Below the pieces are notes generated by a model that saw only the letters and a program-made list of their open reading frames with translations, did no database searches and was not told the DNA's origin. Made by a program: the position numbers and the translations under genes. Source: Candidatus Thorarchaeota archaeon (GTDB lineage Archaea > Asgardarchaeota > Thorarchaeia > Thorarchaeales > Thorarchaeaceae). From it: 12,770 nt of DNA. The stretch covers positions 1-12,770 of the forward strand of contig DXJO01000043.1 of NCBI GenBank assembly GCA_019057475.1. Direction: 5' to 3'. This document shows positions 1 to 7,974 of the stretch, one piece after another (the first letter of the stretch is position 1; every line of letters begins with the position of its first letter).

Positions 1-123
1 GTGCATGTAATTTGGTCGCCGCCAGTTGGACGGAGACAGAAAACGCCTGTGGAGAGGACGTGAGACTTGTTGCAGATCCAGTAGGGTCTGCAGAGCAGAC
101 CTCAATGAATCAGGAACCGAACA

Positions 124-342
124 TCAGTTAAGGACGTGATGTCCAAGATTGTACAAGTTTCGGGCAACGGTGAAGTCAAGTACTGTTGCTTGGTGAGCCA
201 ACACGCAGCCCACAGAAGACATGCCAGACTTAGGCTGATATGACAAGTCTGTGCAACCGGATTCTGTGAGTTCGCCAAGAACCCTGTCACGCCACTCTCT
301 CGCGCAGAGGGCTGTAGTCTTTACGAAGCCAACCTCGCTCAT
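124..342 (-). pseudogene. Truncated DinB/YfiT-like protein (N-terminal part only), probable pseudogene
   Basis: From the ATG at 342: MSEV...WRDRVLGELTE...DLSYQPKSGMSSVGCVLAHQA resembles the DinB-family 'L..RP..g..SigwllaH' segment carrying the first metal-binding His. The ORF stops after 72 aa, about half the usual length, with no second His motif. Confidence 0.45.
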
Positions 343-451
343 GGGATCTCCCATTTTGCTCACCACTCATTCAGATTTGACTCTTCTGGGTGCTCGGCGC
401 TTATGATGATATGTGCCGCTTGGTGCTCTAGTACGCTTAGTGCCTGTTCAT

Positions 452-463
452 AAAGTGTATATG
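452..463 (+). promoter_or_regulatory. Candidate BRE/TATA for the Zn-ribbon gene
   Basis: AAAGTGTATATG lies about 33 nt upstream of the ATG at 497. Confidence 0.35.
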
Positions 464-496
464 CCCAGCCCAAGCAGTGACTCGCGGGTGCTATAG

Positions 497-853
497 ATGT
501 CCCAACCAGTCACTGGGCAGCTTACACGAAAAGAACTGCGAGAGCTAAGACGACTGACGGCAGTTAGAGAAGCCTTGGATGAACTAAAGAAAAAAGGCAT
601 TTCCGCGGATATTGCCATATGTCCAGTCTGCAAGAGCCCACGACTTGTAGACCTAACTTCCTACCGTGACCTCGGATACATAGGGAGCTTTCATCCAGCA
701 TACTACTGCCTGGACTGTGGGTGGTACGGACGAAATCTGACAATTATGATGAATCGCCCGGAAAAGGATGCGGTACTCGACGACCTCAGGAATGCATTTG
801 CACCACTAATGGAAACAGATAGCGGATTTTTTGAAACGGTTGAGGATAACTAG
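497..853 (+). CDS. Hypothetical zinc-ribbon protein (118 aa)
   Basis: Two CxxC pairs (CPVC...CLDC-GW-G) follow a basic amphipathic N-terminal helix, and the C-terminus is acidic. Confidence 0.8.
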   Translation: MSQPVTGQLTRKELRELRRLTAVREALDELKKKGISADIAICPVCKSPRLVDLTSYRDLGYIGSFHPAYYCLDCGWYGRNLTIMMNRPEKDAVLDDLRNAFAPLMETDSGFFETVEDN

Positions 854-860
854 GAATGAC

Positions 861-1154
861 CTAATCCGAAGCGGTCCGGATCAGTTCAAACATTACGGGA
901 TTCCAGCCGTCAGGGCAGGCGTGCGTTGCCACGCATTGGTCCCTAAGCCAAGGGAATCGAGCGTTGTGCATCATTGCATAGACCTTAGGAAGCATGGAAT
1001 AGAGGGCGCTTATGCAGAGTTTTCCCTTCACCTCATCCCCTGTGAATAGAACCTCATCCCCGACTTTGTGTCCAGCAGCACAGGTCCCTTCCTGCTTGAT
1101 GACTCTGCAGAGAATCTGCCAAGGTTCATTTCTTATGCAATCGGTTTCGGCCAT
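861..1154 (-). CDS. TIGR04076-family Cys-rich protein (97 aa; start likely ATG 1154)
   Basis: GTCAAGHKVGD...LCISALYSMLP...FPW...ACPDGWNPVMFEL matches the family pattern C..GHKVGD / C..A...P / CPD..N.V.FE. Confidence 0.8.
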   Translation of the reverse strand: MAETDCIRNEPWQILCRVIKQEGTCAAGHKVGDEVLFTGDEVKGKLCISALYSMLPKVYAMMHNARFPWLRDQCVATHACPDGWNPVMFELIRTASD

Positions 1155-1222
1155 GATAATCATCGATGAGGTAAGCGACACTTCTTGATAATGCTGCTGC
1201 TTGTGCACGAGCCTGCATCCAA

Positions 1223-1915
1223 TCAGGCCTTACGCTTATTGTGGTAAGTGCATGTATCGCTTAGAATGCATTCTGAGCATCGGGGCTTCTGCGCTCTGCA
1301 GACCTCCCTGCCATGTCGAACGAGATTGTTGTTGAGAGAGTAAATGCACTCATGAGGAATCATCTCCTCAAGCAGGACATGAGCTTTCTCTCGCGATGTG
1401 TTACCCTCAATCAGTCCCAGTCGCTTGGTCACACGCCAGACGTGTGTGTCGACGGGGAGTGCAGCCTTGCCAAAGGAGAAGAGAAGCACGATTGCCGCCG
1501 TTTTCGGTCCAACGCCATGAAGAGATGTGAGCCATTTCTTTGCGTCTTCAAGGTCCATGTCTTCAAGATGTGAGATATCTAGCTTGCCAACACGCCTCTT
1601 GATCTCTCGGAGAGCCGCTTGAATCCTCTTCGCCTTCAGGTTGTACATCCCTGAAGATTTGATTACATTCCCAAGTTCATCTTGCGGGAGGTGTAGGACT
1701 TCCTCCCATGTGCTATACGTCTTCTTCAGACTCTCAAAAGCCCGCATCATGTTGACATCGTTTGTATGCTGACTGAGAATAGTGAGTACTAGTTCATCCA
1801 ATGGAGGAATACGGCGCTCGGAGATTCTGTCGCCATACTGCTGAATGAGTAGGTCGCACACTGCTGAGGCTTTCTTACGCCTTTGTTCAAGTACGTCCGT
1901 TGTAGAAGCCGACAT
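1223..1915 (-). CDS. nth: Endonuclease III-like HhH-GPD DNA glycosylase/AP lyase with [4Fe-4S] cluster (start likely ATG 1915)
   Basis: ELVLTILSQHTND; HhH motif LHGVGPKTA with the catalytic Lys; PVDTHV with the catalytic Asp; C-x6-C-x2-C-x5-C (CRAQKPRCSECILSDTC). Confidence 0.92.
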   Translation of the reverse strand: MSASTTDVLEQRRKKASAVCDLLIQQYGDRISERRIPPLDELVLTILSQHTNDVNMMRAFESLKKTYSTWEEVLHLPQDELGNVIKSSGMYNLKAKRIQAALREIKRRVGKLDISHLEDMDLEDAKKWLTSLHGVGPKTAAIVLLFSFGKAALPVDTHVWRVTKRLGLIEGNTSREKAHVLLEEMIPHECIYSLNNNLVRHGREVCRAQKPRCSECILSDTCTYHNKRKA

Positions 1916-2034
1916 ATGTGTTTCCACAGTACAGTCCTTTATGTAATTCATGATAGTGCTAACTTGTTGCAACCAGGGAACGACCATGACGATACGCTTT
2001 TGTAACAGCAGATACAGAGTACAAAGGATTGGCA

Positions 2035-2451
2035 ATGAATGTTCTCGTTATTTTTGAGAGTTCGCGCGGCCGCACCAAGGCAATGGCTGAAGCAATCTGC
2101 GAGGGTGTAAAGTCAGAAGGCGTTGAATGCGAGGTTATTGAAGCAAAGAAATTCTCAGGCTTGAACAACGCCTGCGCACTAGCTGTTGGCAGCTCCACTC
2201 GTATGAAGCGAACACTTCCTCAGACTCGTCAAGTTTTAGCTGAGATGGGGAAACTCAATGGACTTCCTGCGGGAGCGTTTGGTTCGTATGGATGGAGTGG
2301 AGAAGCACCTGATATCATCTCAAACGAACTATCCGGATTGGGTGCTACATTGGTTAATGGTCAGCCGGTGAAAGCGAAAGACCGTCCAAATCCAGCTGCA
2401 TTGGAATCTTGCAGAGAACTTGGTCGTGCCTTGGCGAGCAAATGCAGTTAG
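2035..2451 (+). CDS. Stand-alone short-chain flavodoxin (FprA C-terminal-like), 138 aa
   Basis: VLVIFESSRGRTKAMAEAI (FMN phosphate loop), AVGSST, AFGSYGWSGEA and C-terminal CRELGRALA. ATG 2035 is preferred over TTG 2029. Confidence 0.85.
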   Translation: MNVLVIFESSRGRTKAMAEAICEGVKSEGVECEVIEAKKFSGLNNACALAVGSSTRMKRTLPQTRQVLAEMGKLNGLPAGAFGSYGWSGEAPDIISNELSGLGATLVNGQPVKAKDRPNPAALESCRELGRALASKCS

Positions 2452-2523
2452 AGCGTAAGGTCTATGCGCCGCGTTCAGAACTCTTATCATATACATATCA
2501 GTTGAATCAGCTGGGCAGAAAGT

Positions 2524-4449
2524 ATGGGTCATGTTTCTAGACTGACGAAGTATTCCCTCCGGCACAAGGGTCACTTCCTGGGCTTCATGAGTGCCGCCTT
2601 AGTGGCGACTATCTTCAATCTGTTTACACCCATCATTCTTGTTACGATTATTGATTCAGTCATTCCAAGTGGGCAGCAGGACTTGCTCACTCTCTATGCA
2701 TTGCTCTTCTTGATTACCGCGGGATTATACGGATTGTTTGACCTGATTCAACGGTATGTCAGTGCATTGATGGCGCAGCATGTCGTCTTTGACCTTCGGA
2801 CAGAACTCTATGAGTCATTGCTTGAGAAAGATCTGGCATTCTATGACGAGAATGAAACTGGGCAACTACTGGCCAGAGTTACAACCGATGTCAGCACAAT
2901 GCGCGAATTCCTGCTGTGGGGCTACCGAGTAATTTTCATCGGCATTGTAACTATGGTGGGAGTCTACTACGTGATGTGGACTCTGAATCAACAGCTCACG
3001 CTCTATCTACTCCTGGTGCTGCCGGCAATTGGAATATTCATGTACGTCTTTGCTAAGAAGGTTCGACCAATCTTCTTTGCTTCAAGGACTCAGTTCGGGG
3101 TTTTAAGTACAGTCCTTCAAGAGAACATCGTCGGGATGAAGGTTGTTCAATCATACGCCTCTGCTGCCAGAGAAGACCAACGAGTGGAGAAAGAGAACCG
3201 CACCTACTTGGACTTGATTGTGACTGCCAACAAATTGGCGGCCTTCTATGGTCCGTTGCTCATAGCGATTCTCGGTATCGCTACGGGTGTGCTACTCTAC
3301 ATTGGAGGCATCTCAGTCAATCTGGGAGTCCTCTCCTATGGCGAATTCATCGGATTCGTCAGCCTCGTGTCAATGCTCATAATGCCCTCACGTTTTCTGA
3401 GCTGGGGGATTGGGATGTACCAAAGGGCTTCTGCCGCCGCCGAACGCACATTTTACGTCCTAGACGCTCGAGATGCGGTGATGGAACCTGAAGACCCTCT
3501 GCGGATTGATCAGCTGCAAGGAAGAGTTGAGTTTGACGGTGTGGATTTCAGCTATCGCAGTGATAACTACATACTTCGCAATGTAACGCTCGACATACAA
3601 CCTGGAGAGATAGTGGCATTGCTGGGAGGCACGGGTTCTGGGAAAACCAGTTTGGTGAATCTAATCCCAAGATTCTATGATGTAGATGGCCAGCGGAGTG
3701 TGTGTGTCAAGAGGAGAACCTATCGAGTTGACGATAAGGGACGCGTAAGGATTGGAAGCGAATCGTACGTAGCAGACAATGGTAGTATCATCATTGATGG
3801 ACAAGAGTACCCTGTGAAACAACCCGGAACATTGCGAATCGATGGTGTAGACATCCAAGAGTACTGCATGGAGGATCTTAGAAAGAACATCGGCATGATT
3901 CACCAAGATCCGTTTCTCTTTTCCGCTTCTATACGAGAGAACATCGCCTTCGCTCGGCCAGATGCATCAGATGCAGAGGTCGAGGTGGCAGCAAAAACTG
4001 CAATGATCCACGAATTCATCATGACACTGGAGGACGGATATGACTCCGTGGTTGGAGAACGCGGCGTCACTCTAAGTGGGGGACAAAGGCAGCGGGTCGC
4101 CATAGCTCGGGCATTGCTTGCGGACCCCAGGATACTCATTTTGGATGATTCAACTAGCTCTGTGGACGCTAAGACCGAGATGGAAATACAGAAGGCTCTA
4201 GAAAGTCTGATGGCGAATCGAACCACATTCATCATAACCCACCGTTTATCGACAATAAGGAATGCAAATCGCATTGTGATGTTGGATAGGGGACGAATAG
4301 TAGAAACAGGCAGCCATGAAGACCTTCTAGAGAAAGGGGGATTGTATGCGGATCTACACGTAACGCTGCGGGAGATGGAGGCAGCGGCCTCAATGTCGAA
4401 ACCCCGCAGATCGGAAGCCGTCGCATTGGAGGGGTTTCAAGATGAGTAG
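2524..4449 (+). CDS. ABC exporter half-transporter (TMD+NBD), subunit with degenerate Walker B; heterodimeric MdlA/TM287-like
   Basis: N-terminal multi-pass TM domain, Walker A GGTGSGKT, Q-loop HQDPFLF, signature LSGGQRQR, Walker B ILILDD (Glu->Asp), H-loop ITHRL. Confidence 0.95.
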   Translation: MGHVSRLTKYSLRHKGHFLGFMSAALVATIFNLFTPIILVTIIDSVIPSGQQDLLTLYALLFLITAGLYGLFDLIQRYVSALMAQHVVFDLRTELYESLLEKDLAFYDENETGQLLARVTTDVSTMREFLLWGYRVIFIGIVTMVGVYYVMWTLNQQLTLYLLLVLPAIGIFMYVFAKKVRPIFFASRTQFGVLSTVLQENIVGMKVVQSYASAAREDQRVEKENRTYLDLIVTANKLAAFYGPLLIAILGIATGVLLYIGGISVNLGVLSYGEFIGFVSLVSMLIMPSRFLSWGIGMYQRASAAAERTFYVLDARDAVMEPEDPLRIDQLQGRVEFDGVDFSYRSDNYILRNVTLDIQPGEIVALLGGTGSGKTSLVNLIPRFYDVDGQRSVCVKRRTYRVDDKGRVRIGSESYVADNGSIIIDGQEYPVKQPGTLRIDGVDIQEYCMEDLRKNIGMIHQDPFLFSASIRENIAFARPDASDAEVEVAAKTAMIHEFIMTLEDGYDSVVGERGVTLSGGQRQRVAIARALLADPRILILDDSTSSVDAKTEMEIQKALESLMANRTTFIITHRLSTIRNANRIVMLDRGRIVETGSHEDLLEKGGLYADLHVTLREMEAAASMSKPRRSEAVALEGFQDE

Positions 4450-6250
4450 GCACATGATGGCTGACGATGACGAGCGTACCTACGTGTATGCTGATTCCGC
4501 CCTCCTAAGACGAATTGTGGGGTATCTACTCGCATACAAGGGTACTATGGCGGCAGTAGCGATTCTGGTAATCGTGAATATTGTTGTGAGTTTGTGGGCG
4601 CCATTCGTTCTGCTTGAAGCCATTGATGTCATCTTTCCTACAGGGGACCTTCAACAGCTATTGTTCGCAGCGATTCTCTACATGGGTCTTAAGATTGCGG
4701 CGTGGCTTACCAGCTATGGACAGAGCTATCTAACGACATTGATGGGACAGCGGGCAGTCTTCAAAGTCAGGCAGAACCTATTTCGACACCTCCAGACTTT
4801 GTCACAGGATTTCTACGATGGTTCTTCTAGCGGCAGAATTATCTCGCGGTTGACAAATGATATCGATCGGATGAGTGAGCTCCTGACTGGGGGATTGATA
4901 ACCACATTCGCTCAATTCTTTATTGTTTTCGCTGTTGGGACTGTTATCTTTTCCGTGGACACACAGCTTGCGATAGCATCACTCGCAGTTGTTCCAATCC
5001 TAGCGATTTCCACGCACGTGTTTAGACAGAGAGCAAGATTGGCCTATCGAAACACGAGGAAGACTATCTCAAGTGTGACGGCAAATCTAGCAGAGAGCAT
5101 CTCTGGTGCGAAGGTCACCAAGAGTTTTGCGCGGGAGCGCGAGAGCCTGACAAGATTTGCGGAGCTTAACCAGGCAGACTACCAGTCGAATGTTGATGCG
5201 GCAAAGGCGACGTCTGTATTCTTCCCTGCAATTAGAATCATTGGTAATCTTGGCGTATTCCTTATACTCCTGATTGGGGGCTTACGCTTGATTGGCGTGA
5301 TTGAGGGTGCGCTTACGCTAGGCACTTTGCTGTTCTTCATTCAGATGAATCAGTCATTCTTCAGACCAATCTTGATAATCACTGGCTTCTATAACACTGT
5401 ACAGAGTGCATTTGCGGGATCAGAGCGGGTCTTCACAATACTTGATACAGAACCATCCATACAAGATAGCCCAGATGCAGTGGACATGCCGGAGATTGAG
5501 GGCCACATTCGATTCAAGGATGTTACGTTTGGTTACGTTGAAGGCACCAACGTGCTGGAAAAGTTCAATCTTGAGATCCAGTTGGGTGAAACAGTAGCCC
5601 TTGTTGGTGATACAGGAGCAGGAAAAACAACTGTTGTAAGTCTCCTCAACAGGTTCTATGATATTCAAGAAGGCTCTATCACGATTGACGGCATTGATAT
5701 CAGAACAGTTAGTCAGGAGTCACTTCGCTCAAGGATTGGCCTAGTGCTTCAGCAGCCGTTTCTGTTCATGGGAACAGTGAGGGAGAACATCATATATGGT
5801 CGACCGACTGCGACCGATGAGGACATCATATCAGCTACCGAAGCCATTGGTGCCCGCCAACTGCTTGAGAGTCTGGGAAACGGGTTCGATACTCAAGTTG
5901 GAGAGAGAGGAACTCGACTCTCGGAGGGAGAACGTCAACTAGTAAGCTTCGCTCGGGCACTTCTTGCCGATCCTAGAATTCTCATCTTGGACGAGGCAAC
6001 GAGTTCAATTGATATTTACACTGAGCATGCGATCCAGAGAGGAATGAAGGCACTTCTACAAAACCGTACATCAATTGTCATCGCTCATAGACTCTCCACC
6101 ATCGTGAATGCCGACAGAATCCTGGTATTAGAAAACGGCCGGATAGTCGAGTCTGGAAAGCATGCTGAGCTTATGGCCAAGAGGGGCAAATACTACTCGC
6201 TCTATGAGATTCAGATTCGGCCAAGAGCCAAGTATGCATCAGTACAGTGA
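4442..6250 (+). CDS. ABC exporter half-transporter (TMD+NBD), partner subunit; MdlB/TM288-like
   Basis: Walker A GDTGAGKT, degenerate signature LSEGERQL, canonical Walker B ILILDEAT, IAHRL. Overlaps the upstream gene by 8 nt, with SD-like GGAGGGG before the ATG. Confidence 0.95.
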   Translation: MSRHMMADDDERTYVYADSALLRRIVGYLLAYKGTMAAVAILVIVNIVVSLWAPFVLLEAIDVIFPTGDLQQLLFAAILYMGLKIAAWLTSYGQSYLTTLMGQRAVFKVRQNLFRHLQTLSQDFYDGSSSGRIISRLTNDIDRMSELLTGGLITTFAQFFIVFAVGTVIFSVDTQLAIASLAVVPILAISTHVFRQRARLAYRNTRKTISSVTANLAESISGAKVTKSFARERESLTRFAELNQADYQSNVDAAKATSVFFPAIRIIGNLGVFLILLIGGLRLIGVIEGALTLGTLLFFIQMNQSFFRPILIITGFYNTVQSAFAGSERVFTILDTEPSIQDSPDAVDMPEIEGHIRFKDVTFGYVEGTNVLEKFNLEIQLGETVALVGDTGAGKTTVVSLLNRFYDIQEGSITIDGIDIRTVSQESLRSRIGLVLQQPFLFMGTVRENIIYGRPTATDEDIISATEAIGARQLLESLGNGFDTQVGERGTRLSEGERQLVSFARALLADPRILILDEATSSIDIYTEHAIQRGMKALLQNRTSIVIAHRLSTIVNADRILVLENGRIVESGKHAELMAKRGKYYSLYEIQIRPRAKYASVQ

Positions 6251-6539
6251 GCCACATTGAGTAAGAAAAAGAAGGGAAATCCCCGCCAAGGTTAACTGGG
6301 ACTAGTAGTCGCGAATTCAGTTACTCGTCATCAGCCCAATTACCGTTCATGCCCTTCAGTGCTTTCAGGCCCTTCAACCCCTTAAGACCCCGTATGCCTC
6401 CGTAGATAGCGGAGGAGATCATGTCACCAAAGTTTGCCAGATGCTCCAGACCATCCAAGCCTCGTATACCATCCCGGCCAATCACGATACTCCGACCGTC
6501 AGGCTCTATGACTGCAAGACAGTCCTTTGTAATCGAAAC
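6222..6539. repeat. Copy A of a diverged direct repeat (partner at 7639-7974)
   Basis: Manual alignment. GAGCCACATTG...TCCCCGCCAAG...ACTAGTAGTCG...TCACCAAAGTTTGCCAGATGCTCCAGACCATCCAA...TCCTTTGTAATCGAAAC is shared. Copy A has an 18-bp in-frame deletion relative to B. Confidence 0.95.
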
Positions 6540-6542
6540 CAC
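6321..6542 (-). pseudogene. 5'-truncated copy (73 codons, GTG start) of the C-terminus of the 7738-8508 gene; remnant or mini-protein
   Basis: VSITKD..AVIEPDGRSIVI.RDGIRGLDGLEHLANFGD...RGLKGLKGLKALKGMNG.W is nearly identical to the last ~78 aa of the 256-aa protein. An in-frame TAA lies 5 codons upstream of the GTG. Confidence 0.75.
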
Positions 6543-6633
6543 TTCTTCGAATCCTTAATGCATCAATACAAATTCTGGGACGACCAAGTCTTTATTCGCT
6601 GATAATCAGAGTTGAAACCGGTAGGTACGAGAA

Positions 6634-7554
6634 ATGCGAGTCTTGGTTATTGGCGGTACAGGTTTTCTGGGGTCGCACTTGGTTCCCAAGCTCCTAGCCC
6701 GTGGTCATGAGGTCTCTGTAATGACTAGACGAGAAACTGAATTGTCCGCCATTCAAGCTAAGGGCGCAATCGGCATTATTGGAGATCTGCTCAATCCTCG
6801 GGCAATCCTCGAAACGCTCCCAGCTCATGACGCTGCTGTGTCCATCGCAATGCCTCTAGAGTTTGGGCGCATGTCGAACAAGCAATTCAGACTTGTTACC
6901 GAAAGAACCACCATATTCGCTTCTTCCGCACTAGCTGTTGGCAAAAAGTTAGAATGTCCTCTCCTCCTCTCCCTTGGCACAAGCTATCGGACTGGACCTG
7001 GCGAAGTAGCTGATGAAACCTGGCCGATTGCGCGGTTTGGCCTTACAAAAGCAGGTGAAGAGGCTGAACGACTAATCCGTGAGGCTGCAGATGACGGTCA
7101 ATCCATCATCCAGATGATTCCTGGACAGATCTATGGTGCCGGAGGACAGTTCCTTGAGATGTATCGCATGCTCAAGTCTGGAAGGTTTGGAGTTGTAGGA
7201 AAGGGCGATAATCGAATCCCACGAGTTCATGTCGAAGACTGTGCTGAGGCATTTGCTCTGGCAGTTGATAAGTTGCCAACCGGCGAGTCTTTCATTGTTG
7301 CCGACGACACTCCTTGCACTACTAGAGAATTCACCGAGTTCATGGCTGAATGTGCTAATATGTCCCGACCGAGGACTATTCCTAAACTTCTTGCCCGGCT
7401 GATAATCGGCAAACTCCTAGTGGAAACTATGGAGCTGGACTGTGTCGTGTCCAATGAAAAGGCCAAGAAGGCACTGGGTTGGGAACTCAAATTTCCCTCA
7501 TATCGAGAGGGTCTGGTAGCTGCAATAAGAGCGATTGAGTCGAAGGCTCTGTGA
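6634..7554 (+). CDS. NAD(P)-dependent epimerase/dehydratase family protein (atypical extended SDR)
   Basis: Rossmann motif VLVIGGTGFLG, PGQIYG, PRVHVEDCAEA, VSNEKAKKALGW...SYREGL. No canonical YxxxK at the expected position (FGLTK). Confidence 0.9.
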   Translation: MRVLVIGGTGFLGSHLVPKLLARGHEVSVMTRRETELSAIQAKGAIGIIGDLLNPRAILETLPAHDAAVSIAMPLEFGRMSNKQFRLVTERTTIFASSALAVGKKLECPLLLSLGTSYRTGPGEVADETWPIARFGLTKAGEEAERLIREAADDGQSIIQMIPGQIYGAGGQFLEMYRMLKSGRFGVVGKGDNRIPRVHVEDCAEAFALAVDKLPTGESFIVADDTPCTTREFTEFMAECANMSRPRTIPKLLARLIIGKLLVETMELDCVVSNEKAKKALGWELKFPSYREGLVAAIRAIESKAL

Positions 7555-7638
7555 GGCAGCTCACCAAGTGGCAGATATCGTCTAACTTTTCTGTCATGAA
7601 TCATTGAATCATGAGAAGGATGGATTAGATATGCTTCT

Positions 7639-7974
7639 CAAGTGCCAAACATGTATCATTGCCGGGAGCCACATTGCGTGAGAAAAGGAATGGAAGTCCC
7701 CGCCAAGACTGACGGAAACTAGTAGTCGTGCATTCAGTTACTCATCATCATCCCAGTCGAAATCAGCGGCCCAATCACCGTTCATGCCCTTGAGCGCTTT
7801 CAAGCCCTTCAGTCCCTTGAGACCTCGCATACCCGCGTAGACTGCAGAGGCGATTGTATCACCAAAGTTTGCCAGATGCTCCAGACCATCCAAACCCCGT
7901 ATGCCATCCCGGTCAATCACTATACTCCGACCGTCAGGCTCTATGACGGCAACACCATCCTTTGTAATCGAAAC
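7639..7974. repeat. Copy B of the diverged direct repeat (partner at 6222-6539)
   Basis: Contains a degenerate copy of the last ~9 codons of the ABC gene (CAAGTGCCAAACATGTATCATTGCCGGGA vs CAAGAGCCAAGTATGCATCAGTACAGTGA), the intergenic region, and the intact 3' end of the 7738-8508 gene. Confidence 0.95.

Noticed and set aside
71-126. Selenocysteine read-through at TGA 126-124 with a nearby hairpin
   Set aside because: No recognisable SECIS motif, no selenoprotein-like context, and the stem has a mismatch on the coding strand.
3685-3825. Mini-intein in the ABC NBD
   Set aside because: Too short, and lacks the N-terminal Cys/Ser and C-terminal His-Asn splice motifs.
6540-7638. IS or transposon carrying the epimerase
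   Set aside because: No transposase or integrase, no terminal inverted repeats, and the flanking repeat is far longer and more diverged than a target-site duplication.
6249-7974. Diversity-generating retroelement TR/VR pair
   Set aside because: Mismatches involve all four bases and are mostly synonymous rather than adenine-specific, and there is no reverse transcriptase in the window.
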